From NCBI GenBank assembly GCA_963716255.1, contig OY970303.1:5600001-5664000 (forward strand): a DNA stretch of 64,000 nt, written 5' to 3'. Positions 40,381 to 53,461 of the stretch are shown here, piece by piece (positions within the stretch are counted from its first letter, which is position 1; each line of letters starts with the position of its first letter). This DNA is from an uncultured Gemmatimonadales bacterium (GTDB lineage: Bacteria > Gemmatimonadota > Gemmatimonadetes > Longimicrobiales > Longimicrobiaceae). Below the pieces are notes generated by a model, which saw only the letters and a list, made by a program, of their open reading frames with translations, was not told the DNA's origin and did no database searches. The position numbers and the translations under genes were made by a program.

Positions 40381-40974
40381 ATGTCCATACGCAGTAAGTG
40401 GTTGGCGATCGGCGCGGTGGCGCTCGCGGGGGCGGCGGCCACCCCCTTTGCGCCGGGGTCCGAGGCGGCCGCGGGGCCGGCTCCCGCGGCGGACGCGGTG
40501 CGGCTGGTGGTGGACCTTTCCGACCGGCAGCTGACCGTGGTGCAGGGCGACGACGTGGAGCGGACCTACTCGGTCGCCATCGGCAAGCCGGAGCATCCCA
40601 CTCCGCGCGGCGAGTTCCGCATCCAGCGGATCATATGGAACCCGCGGTGGGTTCCGCCCGATGCGTCCTGGGCGCGCGGCAAGCGGGCGCGCGGGCCCGG
40701 CGACCCCAGCAACCCCATGGGCCGGGTGAAGATGTTCTTCAAGGAGCCCGACTACTACGTGCACGGCACCCACCAGGAGGACTCCCTGGGCCAGGCGGAG
40801 TCGCACGGGTGCATCCGGATGCGCAACGAGGACGTGATCGACCTGGCCAAGGTGGTGATGGAGCACGGGGGCGAGAACCGCGAGCCGGGCTGGTTCCAGC
40901 GCGTGGTGAACCGGGTCACCAGCACCCAGGACGTGCGTCTCTCGCAGCCGGTGCAGTTCGAGGTGCGGGCATAG
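40381..40974 (+). CDS. L,D-transpeptidase (YkuD)
   Basis: Signal peptide; TPRGEF, NPMG, YVHGT...SHGCIRM. Confidence 0.92.
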   Translation: MSIRSKWLAIGAVALAGAAATPFAPGSEAAAGPAPAADAVRLVVDLSDRQLTVVQGDDVERTYSVAIGKPEHPTPRGEFRIQRIIWNPRWVPPDASWARGKRARGPGDPSNPMGRVKMFFKEPDYYVHGTHQEDSLGQAESHGCIRMRNEDVIDLAKVVMEHGGENREPGWFQRVVNRVTSTQDVRLSQPVQFEVRA

Positions 40975-41046
40975 ACCGCGCGCCCGTCCCGACCCGCGTG
41001 GAGCCGCCCGCACGGCGGCTCCACGCTTCATTTTCCAGGAGCAACC

Positions 41047-41355
41047 ATGCACCTCGTGCAGATCCTCCTCCCGGTCTATGACGACGAGGGCCGCGCGTTC
41101 GGGCGCGAAGCCTTTGCGCGGGTGCGCGAGGAGCTGACGGACCGCTTCGGCGGGGTGACGGCGCACCTGCGCTCCCCGGCGGAGGGCGCCTGGCGCGACC
41201 CCGGCGGCGAGGTGGACCGCGACGACGTGGTGATGATGGAGGTGATGGCGGAGGCGCTGGACCGCGCCTGGTGGGCGGAGTACCGCGCCGGCCTGGAGGC
41301 GCGCTTCCGGCAGGACGAGGTGGTCGCGCGGGCGATGGCGATGGAGCGGCTGTGA
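41047..41355 (+). CDS. Hypothetical protein (102 aa)
   Basis: AGGAG RBS; host-like codon usage; FGGVT motif. Confidence 0.75.
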   Translation: MHLVQILLPVYDDEGRAFGREAFARVREELTDRFGGVTAHLRSPAEGAWRDPGGEVDRDDVVMMEVMAEALDRAWWAEYRAGLEARFRQDEVVARAMAMERL

Positions 41356-41413
41356 GGGCCCTCACCCGGCTCGCTTGAGGCTCGCCACCCTCTCCCAGTT
41401 CTGGGAGAGGGGG
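41356..41413 (+). repeat. Family C REP-like repeat
   Basis: GGGCCCTCACCCGGCTCGCTTGAGGCTCGCCACCCTCTCCCAGTTCTGGGAGAGGG. Confidence 0.8.
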
Positions 41414-41422
41414 CCTGCCGTC

Positions 41423-41557
41423 GCGTGAGGGATTTCGGCCCGAAGGGGCGAGACCCGCGGGCAGTTTCGCGGGGCTCGACTCCGTTGAGCAGCGTTGTTT
41501 GCTGCTCTACGGAGCCGAAGCCCGACCCCGGCGCCAGCCGGGGGCACGCCCGACCCC
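41423..41557 (+). repeat. Family A repeat, copy 9
   Basis: Second hairpin CCGCG/CGCGG variant. Confidence 0.95.
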
Positions 41558-41634
41558 GCCGTTCAGCCGTCAAAAAAGTAGGGCCGGCCCGCACCGACGG
41601 ACCGGCCCCTTAACCCATTTACCGGGAAACCCCA

Positions 41635-41919
41635 CTACTCACGCGGCGGATCGCCGTGCTGGTAGGGAAGCTGGTTCATCAGGTACCGGACGACGCCGTC
41701 CACCTTGGAGGTGCGGAGCCGGTCCGTGCGGATGGTGACGAGGGTGGACGGCCCGTGCCGGTGGACCTCCAGCTCCACGCTGCCCTCGGCGCCCGCGTAG
41801 GCGGCCCCGTGACGCGACTCCCCGGTGCGCTCCAGCTCGGCGCGGGCGGTGAGCACCTCGTGCGCCGTCTCGAGCACCTGGCGCGTGGAAAAGACCGTGC
41901 TGCGCTCGTAGTCTGCCAT
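41635..41919 (-). CDS. Hypothetical protein (94 aa)
   Basis: MADYERSTVFS...LPYQHGDPPRE; GGAG RBS upstream. Confidence 0.7.
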   Translation of the reverse strand: MADYERSTVFSTRQVLETAHEVLTARAELERTGESRHGAAYAGAEGSVELEVHRHGPSTLVTIRTDRLRTSKVDGVVRYLMNQLPYQHGDPPRE

Positions 41920-41981
41920 GTCCCTGGTATCTCCTGCGGAGCGCGGCGGCGCCGCGTCCGGTTGATCTTGGTTGCCTTCGC

Positions 41982-42560
41982 TCAGCGCCCGGCCATCGCG
42001 TCCCGCAGCGCCGCGTACGACTGCGCACCCACCAGCACTTCCGCGCCCGGCCCGGAGCCCACCACCGTCACAGGGACCGAGTGGATCCCGCTCCGCGCAG
42101 CCAGCGACTCGTCCGCGAGGACGGCGTCGGTGTGGCGGTCGATGTCCAGCACCACCTTGAGCTCGGTGCGGTCCAGCCCCAGCGCCTCGCCCAGCTCCAC
42201 CAGCACGTCGATGCGCCCGACGTCGCGCCCGTCCGCGAAGTACGCGGCGAAGACGGCGGCGCGCATCTCCGCCTCCACCCCGCGCTCCCGGGCGAAGCGC
42301 GCGGCCTCGTGCGCCTTGCGGGTGCGTGACTGGTAGCCGGGGCGGCGCAGCACGACCCCCACCGCGGCGGCGAGCGGCGCCAGCGCCGCCTCCCACTCCA
42401 TGGCCGCGTCCGGCGGGAGCGGCGCCGGCGCCGGGAACAGCTCGAAGGCGCGGTGGCGCACCTCCGCGCCGGCCTCCGCCGCGGCCCGGCGCAGGGCGGC
42501 CTCCGTGACGTAGCAGAACGGGCAGGTGAAGTCCGAGAAGATCTCTACCTGCACGGCCAT
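41982..42560 (-). CDS. DsbA/FrnE-family oxidoreductase
   Basis: EIFSDFTCPFCY, cis-Pro SVP, GAQ. Confidence 0.88.
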   Translation of the reverse strand: MAVQVEIFSDFTCPFCYVTEAALRRAAAEAGAEVRHRAFELFPAPAPLPPDAAMEWEAALAPLAAAVGVVLRRPGYQSRTRKAHEAARFARERGVEAEMRAAVFAAYFADGRDVGRIDVLVELGEALGLDRTELKVVLDIDRHTDAVLADESLAARSGIHSVPVTVVGSGPGAEVLVGAQSYAALRDAMAGR

Positions 42561-42640
42561 GCGCGGCGGCGTTCGGGGACTGCGGCTCCGGACGCGGGGA
42601 ATCTGCCCCGGCGTCCGCCGGGCCGCAAGGCCGCGCCGCT

Positions 42641-46021
<3,381 letters not shown>

Positions 46022-46341
46022 GCTGGGTCTCCGGGAAGACACGCGCGGCGTCGGGGCCGTGCGTGCCGGTTCGTGTCTCGAATTAAGTGCGCAGGGAGGG
46101 CAGCCCCTGCGCGCCACGGGGCGACCCGCGTCTCCGCCGGGCGTCCCTACGTGGGTGCCCTTGACGCTAAACTCGCGGGCCGCTTCCGGGCAAGGTGGCG
46201 TGAACGGATCCGCCACAGTGGAGCGCGGTTGAGAATGATTCGCAACCCTATGCCAAAGCCATACTTGCGCGCTGCCCGCGTGGTCCGCATCTTGCTTTCA
46301 GGAGCGGGCAGGTCGGCACGAACCTTCTCAAGGAGGAACGA

Positions 46342-46521
46342 ATGGCGAATCCACAGGAACGGCGGGCGGAGGCGGCTTCGGTGGTGGGTGCCTGCTCCGT
46401 CACGGACTGCAAGTTCAACGAGAACCACGAGTGCCACGCGGGCGAGATCCGCGTCGAGATCGGCGCCCAGGGCGCGGTCTGTGGCACCTACACCCCCGAG
46501 AAGGGCCGCGCCCGGCCGTAA
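46342..46521 (+). CDS. Small Cys-rich protein, DUF1540-like (59 aa)
   Basis: AGGAGG RBS; CSVTDCKFNENHECHAGEIRV...VCGTY; absent from the ORF track. Confidence 0.75.
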   Translation: MANPQERRAEAASVVGACSVTDCKFNENHECHAGEIRVEIGAQGAVCGTYTPEKGRARP

Positions 46522-46671
46522 GCGCCGCGTCGGCAGGGGAATAGCACGGCTGAGGCGGCCCCGCCACGCGGCGGGGCCGCCTCGCCGCGTCCGGCGGGAA
46601 AGGGTTTGACAGGAGCAGGTCCACGGAGTATCATTCAGCCGCGTTTGAGAATCTTTCTCAACTAAAGGCGA

Positions 46672-47679
46672 ATGGCTCCCATCTCCCACAGCGTGCAGGC
46701 CGCGGCGGTCGCGCTGCTGCAGATCTCCGAAAGCTCCCCCGGCGAGCGCGGCCGCCGCGCCGCGGCGGGGGCGCTCGTGCTGCGCGCGGTGGAGCAGGCG
46801 GTGGAGCGCCGCGAGGGCTTCCGCTTCGTCGCGTCGCGCGCCGGCGGCGAGGTGTCGGGGCTGGATAAGGGGCCGGAGCGCGCGGTGCTGCGGCGCATCC
46901 TGCTGCTGCTGGACGGGGCGGGCGGGGTGGAAACGGCGCGCCTGGCGGGCCCGCTGGTGGGGTACGCCTGCGAGCTGGAGCGCACCCGCCGCCTCCCCGA
47001 GGCGGACGCGGCGCTGTCGCTGGCGCGCTCCGCCGCCCCGGGCGATGCCGAGACGGCGCTGCACGCCGCCCGCGTGGCCCGCAAGCTGGGCGACCGCGCG
47101 CGCGCGCTGGAGCTGTACGCGGCCGTGCGCGGCCTGGACGGCGCGGACGGCTCCATGGCGCGGCTGGCCGCGGTGGGGGAGGCGGTGGTCTCGGACGACG
47201 CGGAGCGCGGGCTGACGCGGGTGGTGCGGGCCGCGCTGCGGGCGGGCGACGCGGAGGCGGCGGCGGTGGGGCTGGAGGAGCGGGCGCGGACCCGGCGCGC
47301 GGCGGGCGACCGCCGCGGCGCGGCGCGCGACCTGTGCCTCGCGGCGGTGCGCTTCGGCGACGGCGTGGACCGCGCCCGCGTGGCGCACGAGCTGGCGGAC
47401 GTGGCGGTGGCCTCCGGCGACCCGCTGGCGGCCCGCGAGGCGCTGCTGGCGGCGCTGGAGTGGGGCGACGCCCCGCAGAAGGAGCACGCGCGCGCGCGGC
47501 TCCACACGCACGCCCGCGACCTGGGCGACCAGGTGGGGGCGCGGCGCTGGCGCTCGGCCCGGCCGCCCTCGCTCACCTCCATGTCGCTGTACCGTCCCAG
47601 GCCCGTGTCCCGCTCGGAGGCGCCGCGGCTTGCCCGCTGGCGCGAGGCGCTGGGCGCGCGGCACCCCGCCGGGGAGTGA
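46672..47679 (+). CDS. TPR-like Ala-rich helical protein
   Basis: APGDAETALHAARVARKLGDRARALELY TPR-like segment; host-like codon usage. Confidence 0.65.
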   Translation: MAPISHSVQAAAVALLQISESSPGERGRRAAAGALVLRAVEQAVERREGFRFVASRAGGEVSGLDKGPERAVLRRILLLLDGAGGVETARLAGPLVGYACELERTRRLPEADAALSLARSAAPGDAETALHAARVARKLGDRARALELYAAVRGLDGADGSMARLAAVGEAVVSDDAERGLTRVVRAALRAGDAEAAAVGLEERARTRRAAGDRRGAARDLCLAAVRFGDGVDRARVAHELADVAVASGDPLAAREALLAALEWGDAPQKEHARARLHTHARDLGDQVGARRWRSARPPSLTSMSLYRPRPVSRSEAPRLARWREALGARHPAGE

Positions 47680-47794
47680 AACCCCGGGCAGAAAGAGGCG
47701 GTTCTCATCAGGGAGGGTGACGCGGGGCGTCGCCCTCCTTATCTTTGTCGGGTACCCTCTACACACGCCGCCACCTCCCCGCGCGGAGATCCCC

Positions 47795-48436
47795 ATGCGC
47801 AGCAAGTCCCTTCTCGCCGTCCTCGCCGCCACGGCGCTCCTCGCCGGGTGCGAGCAGAACGCGACCGCCCCCTCCGCGAGCGGGCTGGAATCCGCCGACG
47901 CGGAGCTGCTGGCCGAGGAGCTCGACGCCCTGACCGGCGCGGCGCTCAGCGCCGGGATCGGCTCGGCCGTCCTGTTCTCGGAGATGCCCGCCAACGCCGC
48001 CCCCATCCCCGTGGACCGCTCGTTCACGAACACCCGGCGCTGCCCCGCGGGCGGCTCGGTCGCCGTGGCGGGGACCACCAGGGGGGAGCTGGACCGGGCC
48101 ACGCGCTCGCTCACGCTGGAAACCCTCGCGACGCGGACGGAGAGCGCCTGCGCCATCCCGACGCGCCGGCAGGGCGGCGGCACGCTCACCGTCACCGGCA
48201 ACCCCAACGTCGCGATCAAGGCCAACCAGAAGGTGGTGGGCGGGCAGCCGTCCGGTCCGCAGACCATCGCCCAGAAGGGCGCCTTCACCTGGTCGGCGAG
48301 CGACGGACGCTCCGGCTCCTGCACGGTGGACCTGGTTTCCAGCGTGGACTTCACGGCGCTGACCTACACCGTGAAGGGGACCCTGTGCGGGCGGACGGTG
48401 GACATCGCCAAGCAGGGGACGCAGCCCGGGCGCTGA
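47795..48436 (+). CDS. Hypothetical lipoprotein
   Basis: Lipobox LAGC; four further Cys (CPAGG, C, C, LCG); beta-rich. Confidence 0.78.
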   Translation: MRSKSLLAVLAATALLAGCEQNATAPSASGLESADAELLAEELDALTGAALSAGIGSAVLFSEMPANAAPIPVDRSFTNTRRCPAGGSVAVAGTTRGELDRATRSLTLETLATRTESACAIPTRRQGGGTLTVTGNPNVAIKANQKVVGGQPSGPQTIAQKGAFTWSASDGRSGSCTVDLVSSVDFTALTYTVKGTLCGRTVDIAKQGTQPGR

Positions 48437-48557
48437 GGCGGCACGGAAGTACGCAGTACGAGGTACGTGACGGAGGGCCGCGGACGGGCTCCTTTCCCGG
48501 GATGGGGAAGGGGCCTTCCGCGTGGTGGGCGGACTGCAAACCGTGGGAGGAGGAAGG

Positions 48558-48929
48558 ATGCCGCAGCAGGAAGACTACCTGATCCGCCTCATCCGCCAGG
48601 CATTCGACGTGCTGCGGCGCCTGCGCGCGAAGCTGACGGGCGATCCGCTCGCGGCGGACGAGGTGGTGCGCGGCGCCCGGGAGGCGCAGGCGGAGCTGCT
48701 GGGGCCGCTCTTCGGGGCGATGGCGATGGTGGACCCGGACACCGCCGTGGGGCTGTTGCGCGAGCGCGAGCGGCTGGAGGCGTGGGTGGAGCTGATGCGC
48801 CTGGAGGCCGACGCGCTGCGGGCGATGGGCGACGCCGCCGGGGCGGAGGCGGTCTCACGCCGGGCGGACGCGGTGCAGGAGGCGTACGAGCGGCTGCTGG
48901 AGCCGGTGCAGCGGTACTGGAGCCGCTGA
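48558..48929 (+). CDS. Hypothetical helical protein
   Basis: GGAGG RBS; starts MPQQEDYLIRLIRQ. Confidence 0.7.
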   Translation: MPQQEDYLIRLIRQAFDVLRRLRAKLTGDPLAADEVVRGAREAQAELLGPLFGAMAMVDPDTAVGLLRERERLEAWVELMRLEADALRAMGDAAGAEAVSRRADAVQEAYERLLEPVQRYWSR

Positions 48930-48983
48930 CGGGGACCGGGCAGGAACGCGAAGCGGGGCGCCGGATCCATCCGGCGCCCCGCG

Positions 48984-49150
48984 TGCCGTTCGCAGTTCCC
49001 GCAGTATCCCCCGAAATCTGTTCGGAGGGAGACTCGCCGGCAGTTTGGCGAGGCTCCCTCCGGCGCAGGGAGACAGGCCGGCTGTTTGGCCTGGCTCCCG
49101 GAGCCCGCGCAGGAGACGGACGGCAGTATCGTTCGGCTCCGGAGCGGTCC
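48984..49150 (-). repeat. Family B repeat, copy 4
   Basis: Reverse complement; three GGAGAC..GGCTCC hairpins. Confidence 0.88.
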
Positions 49151-49170
49151 GCCGCGACACCCCCCGAAGC

Positions 49171-50241
49171 TCAGTCGTGCCGCCGCTCCCGCTCGCTCTT
49201 CCCCGGCCGGAGCGTGGCGTCGCGGTTCAGCCCCATCTCCTGCTGCGCGGCCGGCGACGACCCCTCGCGCGGCATCCCCAGGCGCATGCGCGTGTCCCGC
49301 CACTTGAGCCGCAGGTCCGCATAGCCGTGTCGCGGCGGCTCGTGGCCGAAGGCGCGGAACCGTCCCGGCGGCACCTTCCCCTTGGCGGCGACGAACGCGG
49401 CGAACCGGTCCGTCCACGCGTCGAAGGCGCGCATGAACTCCGCGTCGCGCACCATGTCCTCGGCCTGGTCGTCGGAGTACGGCGCCCCCTTTCCGGTGGT
49501 GCAGTAGCTCCAGAGCGCGTCCGGCACCTCGATGCCGCTGTACCGGCACTGCCACACCAGCGGCGCGTAGGCGCTGCGCTCGCCCTCGGCGAAGGGCTCG
49601 TCGTCCACGGGAAAGTACGCCCTGTGGCGCAGCTTGCGGGGGCGGCCGTCGACGTCCATCTCGTCCGCGCCCTCGTCGCCGTAGCCCCAGAACGCCGCGG
49701 TGCGCCCCTCCAGGTGGTTCACGGACAGCTCCTCCCACTCCGGCGACTTTTCCAGCGCCATGGCCCGCTCCGGGTCCTTGTGGGCGATGAGCTCTTCGCG
49801 CGGGTTGCCGCCGCTCATACACACCAGCCGGTCGAACATCAGCTTGAGGTTGCTGGACGGGCCGTACCAGTTGATGGGCCCGATGACCGCCCAGGCGTCC
49901 GCCAGGTCCAGGCGCGAGTACAGGTCCAGCTCCCACATCAGGTCCGGCTCGGCGCGGTCGCCCTTCTCGTAGCAGTTGCACGGCCACACGCACAGCGCCA
50001 TGGAGGTGGAGACGCAGGCGTTGCAGCTCTGGATGCGGGCGCGGCCATAGACATTGCCCAGGTCCTCCACGTCGATCTCCCATTCCGGCGGCAGGCGGTC
50101 GGCCATGCGGAGCATGAGGGTTCGCGACTTGGAGTCCACGCCCGGGCAGTTGTACTGGCGTCGCTGGGAGCCGGAGACCAGCAGCACGCGGAAGGGGCGC
50201 TTTTCGATGAGAAGGTGGCCGTTTTCGTCGTTGGGCTGCAT
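49171..50241 (-). CDS. Flavodoxin/NADPH-dependent FMN reductase-like (iron-sulfur flavoprotein-like) protein
   Basis: LLVSGSQR..CPG..SKS; IQSCNACVSTSMALCVWPCNCY; PINWYGPSSNLKLMFDRL. Confidence 0.8.
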   Translation of the reverse strand: MQPNDENGHLLIEKRPFRVLLVSGSQRRQYNCPGVDSKSRTLMLRMADRLPPEWEIDVEDLGNVYGRARIQSCNACVSTSMALCVWPCNCYEKGDRAEPDLMWELDLYSRLDLADAWAVIGPINWYGPSSNLKLMFDRLVCMSGGNPREELIAHKDPERAMALEKSPEWEELSVNHLEGRTAAFWGYGDEGADEMDVDGRPRKLRHRAYFPVDDEPFAEGERSAYAPLVWQCRYSGIEVPDALWSYCTTGKGAPYSDDQAEDMVRDAEFMRAFDAWTDRFAAFVAAKGKVPPGRFRAFGHEPPRHGYADLRLKWRDTRMRLGMPREGSSPAAQQEMGLNRDATLRPGKSERERRHD

Positions 50242-50283
50242 GGGTATTCGTCCGGGCGTGGTGGTCGAACTGCTTTCGACGGC

Positions 50284-50437
50284 GGGTTCGGGCGTGCCCC
50301 CGGCTGGCGCCGGTGTCGGGCTTCGGCTCCGTAGCAGACGAAACGACCGTCTGCAACGGAGTCGAGCCCCAGCGGCAGCACCTCTGAACTGAGGTGCCCC
50401 GCCGGGTCTCGCCCCTTCGGGCCGAAATCCCTCACGC
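50284..50437 (-). repeat. Family A repeat, copy 10 (extra inserted hairpin)
   Basis: Inner stem GCAGACG/CGTCTGC; insertion GCACCTC-TGAACT-GAGGTGC. Confidence 0.93.
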
Positions 50438-50462
50438 AGGGGATACGGAGCTTCGCCAGCGA

Positions 50463-51080
50463 TCAGATCTCCACGCCCAGCGCCTCCAGCCCCAGTCGCA
50501 GCGCCTCCGGCCCCTCCTCGCCGCGAAAGTGCAGGACCCGCATCCCCAGGGCGCGGGCGGGCTCCAGGTTCTGGGCCCGGTCGTCCACGAACACCGTCTC
50601 GCCGGGGGCGCGCTGGGAGATCTCCAGCGCCGCGCGGAAGATGCGCGCGTCCGGCTTCATCCATCCCAGGAACGACGAGCTGAAGAACGAGGTGAAGCGG
50701 CGCCGCAGGCCGAACCGGGCGATGCGGTACTCGTTGAGCTCGCGCGACTCGTTGTTGAGCGTGGCGAGCAGGTAGCGCCCGCCCGCCGCCAGCGCGTCCA
50801 CCACCTCCAGGTTGCCGGGGAACGCGCCCGACTGGGCCAGCATGAACTCGCGGAACTGCACGGCGCGGAAGTCGCGCGGGACGTGGAAGACCGTGGCGCG
50901 CAGGTAGTCGTCCAGCGTGCAGCGGCCCGTCTCCAGCGCGGCGGCCGTCTCGCGGTGGCGGTCCTCGAACTCGTCGGCGTCCAGCGCGAAGCGCTCCACG
51001 GCGGCGGCGCGCTGCTCGCGGTCCCAGCCGTTGCTGAGGAGCACCCCGCCCAGGTCCCAGAAGATCGCGGTGGTCTGCAT
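50463..51080 (-). CDS. HAD-superfamily hydrolase
   Basis: IFWDLGGVL, TLNN, KPD..IF, FVDD. Confidence 0.9.
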   Translation of the reverse strand: MQTTAIFWDLGGVLLSNGWDREQRAAAVERFALDADEFEDRHRETAAALETGRCTLDDYLRATVFHVPRDFRAVQFREFMLAQSGAFPGNLEVVDALAAGGRYLLATLNNESRELNEYRIARFGLRRRFTSFFSSSFLGWMKPDARIFRAALEISQRAPGETVFVDDRAQNLEPARALGMRVLHFRGEEGPEALRLGLEALGVEI

Positions 51081-51204
51081 GCGGCTCGCGCGGAGGTACG
51101 CGGTGTGCGGCGGCGGCACGTGGCGGCGGGCGTCGGGGGAGCATATCTTGTTCCGCGGCGAACCTTTCAGCGATCCCCGGCGCGGCGGCCGGGAAGAGAC
51201 GAGC

Positions 51205-52224
51205 ATGACGAACACACGACACAAGAAGCTGATGGCGGTCCCCCGGGGCAACGCGGCGCCCGAGCCGGCGCACGACGGGGAGCGCAACCCCGGCACCCCG
51301 CTGGACCTGGACTGGGTGGCGGACGTGCGGGTGAACCGCAGCGCCGTGGAGCGGCGGGCGTCCACCATCGGCACGCGGCGCACGGTGAAGAAGGAGTGGC
51401 AGGCGGCGTGGCTCCTGCGCGCGGTCACGCTCATGGACCTCACCACGCTTGCCGGCGACGACACGCCGGGCCGGGTGCGCCGCCTCTGCGCAAAGGCGCG
51501 GCAGCCGGTGCGGCAGGAGCTGCTGGAAGCGCTGGGCGTGGCCCACCTGCCCATTCACACCGGGGCCGTGTGCGTCTACCACACCCTGGTGGAGACGGCG
51601 GTGGAGGCGCTGCGCGGCACCGGCATCCCGGTGGCGGCGGTGTCCACCGGCTTCCCCGCGGGGCTCTCGCCCTTCCAGCAGCGGGTGGAGGAGATCCACG
51701 CCTCGGTGGACGCCGGCGCGGCGGAGATCGACATCGTCATCACCCGCGCCCACGTGCTCACCGGCAGCTGGGAGGCGCTGTACGACGAGGTGCGCGCCTT
51801 CCGCGAGGCGTGCGGGCCGGCCCACCTCAAGACCATCCTCGCCACCGGCGAGCTGGCGACGCTGCGCAACGTGGCGAAGGCGTCGCTGGTGTGCATGATG
51901 GCGGGCGCGGACTTCATCAAGACGTCCACCGGCAAGGAAACGGAGAACGCCACCCTGCCCGTGGGGCTCGTCATGGCGCGCTGCATCCGGGACTACGAGG
52001 AGCGCACCGGGCACCGGGTGGGGTTCAAGCCGGCGGGGGGGATCCGCACGGCCAAGCAGTCGCTGGAGTGGATGATGATGATGAAGGAGGAGCTGGGCAC
52101 GGAGTACCTGCGGCCGGAGCTGTTCCGGTTCGGGGCGTCGTCGCTGCTCACCGACATCGAGCGGCAGCTGGAGCACCACGTGACGGGTCGCTACTCGGCG
52201 GAGTTCCGGCACCCGATGGGGTAA
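51205..52224 (+). CDS. deoC: Deoxyribose-phosphate aldolase (long type)
   Basis: DLTTL.GDDT, AVSTGFPAG, EIDIVI, FIKTSTGK, GFKPAGGI, RFGASSLL. Confidence 0.95.
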   Translation: MTNTRHKKLMAVPRGNAAPEPAHDGERNPGTPLDLDWVADVRVNRSAVERRASTIGTRRTVKKEWQAAWLLRAVTLMDLTTLAGDDTPGRVRRLCAKARQPVRQELLEALGVAHLPIHTGAVCVYHTLVETAVEALRGTGIPVAAVSTGFPAGLSPFQQRVEEIHASVDAGAAEIDIVITRAHVLTGSWEALYDEVRAFREACGPAHLKTILATGELATLRNVAKASLVCMMAGADFIKTSTGKETENATLPVGLVMARCIRDYEERTGHRVGFKPAGGIRTAKQSLEWMMMMKEELGTEYLRPELFRFGASSLLTDIERQLEHHVTGRYSAEFRHPMG

Positions 52225-52239
52225 CCGTTTTTCAACGGC

Positions 52240-52374
52240 GGGTTCGGGCGTGTCCCCGGCTGGCGCCGGGGTCGGGCTTCGGCTCCGTAAGCGAGCAAAC
52301 AACGCTCGCTAACGGAGTCGAGCCCCGGCAAACTGCCGCCGGGTCTCGCCCCTTCGGGCCGAAATCCCTCACGC
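52240..52374 (-). repeat. Family A repeat, copy 11
   Basis: Inner stem AGCGAGC/GCTCGCT. Confidence 0.95.
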
Positions 52375-52531
52375 GGGCTGCGGCGCGCGATCCTGGATTC
52401 ACGAGAGGCCGCGGACGTCGTCCGCGGCCTCTCGTGCTTCGTGCCACCCGGGGGCTCGCGCCGATTGCTCCCTGCCGTGCGGCGCTTTAGCTTGGACGCT
52501 CCCCCGCCGGCCCTTCCTGCCGCATCTCGCC

Positions 52532-53344
52532 ATGCACGAGCTCTCTCCGGTATTCGCTCCCGCTGCCGCCGCCGCCGCGGCTCCGCCCGCCCGCCCGGAG
52601 GTGTGCGCCACCTGCGGGGCGCTCCACCACGGCGATTTCTGCAGCGCGTGCGGGCAGCGGGCCGTGCGGGGGCGGTTCACGGTGCGGGGGATCGTCGCGC
52701 ATCTGGTGACCGATGCTTTCGACCTGAACCGGGGGCTGCTCTTCACCGCGGCGGCGCTGTTCCGGCAGCCGGGCGAGGCCGTGCGGGAGTACGTGTCCGG
52801 CGCGACGGTGCGCTACACCAACCCGGTCAAGTACCTGGTGGTGTGCGTGGCGCTGGTGGTCTTCGTGACCATCCAGCTGGGGGCCACGGGCGAGGTGGCC
52901 GGCGGGTTCGCGGAGGGGCTCGGGACGGAGTCGGCGGTGAAGGCGCAGAGGGTGACTGAACTGCTCAACCGGTACATGAACGTGCTGATGGCGCTGGCGG
53001 TGCCGTTCATGGCGGGGGCTTCCCGGCTCCTGTTCCGGCGCGCGGGGCTCAACTACGCGGAGCACCTGATCTTCAACCTGTACGTGTACGCGCAGCAGAG
53101 CCTGCTCTTCCTGCCCTTCGTCCCGCTGTGGGGGCTGCGGCTCCCCGCCTTCAAGGCGCTTTTCCTGCTCGCGTACTGCCTGGCGATGCTGGTGTACTAC
53201 GCGTGGGCGGCGACCTCGTTCTTCGGGGAGCGCCCGGTGCCCGGGGTGCTCCGGGCGCTGGCCACCCAGGCGATGGGTGGGATCGCGTACGCGGTGGTGA
53301 CCGCGCTCGGCGTCGCGGCGCTCGTGGCGGCGGGCGGAGGCTGA
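52532..53344 (+). CDS. DUF3667-like zinc-ribbon membrane protein
   Basis: CATCG..GDFCSACGQ, PG..EY..G..RYTNPVKY, NYAEHL. Confidence 0.82.
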   Translation: MHELSPVFAPAAAAAAAPPARPEVCATCGALHHGDFCSACGQRAVRGRFTVRGIVAHLVTDAFDLNRGLLFTAAALFRQPGEAVREYVSGATVRYTNPVKYLVVCVALVVFVTIQLGATGEVAGGFAEGLGTESAVKAQRVTELLNRYMNVLMALAVPFMAGASRLLFRRAGLNYAEHLIFNLYVYAQQSLLFLPFVPLWGLRLPAFKALFLLAYCLAMLVYYAWAATSFFGERPVPGVLRALATQAMGGIAYAVVTALGVAALVAAGGG

Positions 53345-53461
53345 CGCCACGCCTGCCGGGCGGTTCCCTGGCTTCCGCGAGAAACATTTGACTTCGCCGC
53401 TTTGCCCGCGCATGTTGCAGCGCGCCGACCCTTTCGTCTCTCCCCGCAGCACCGCCCCGCC

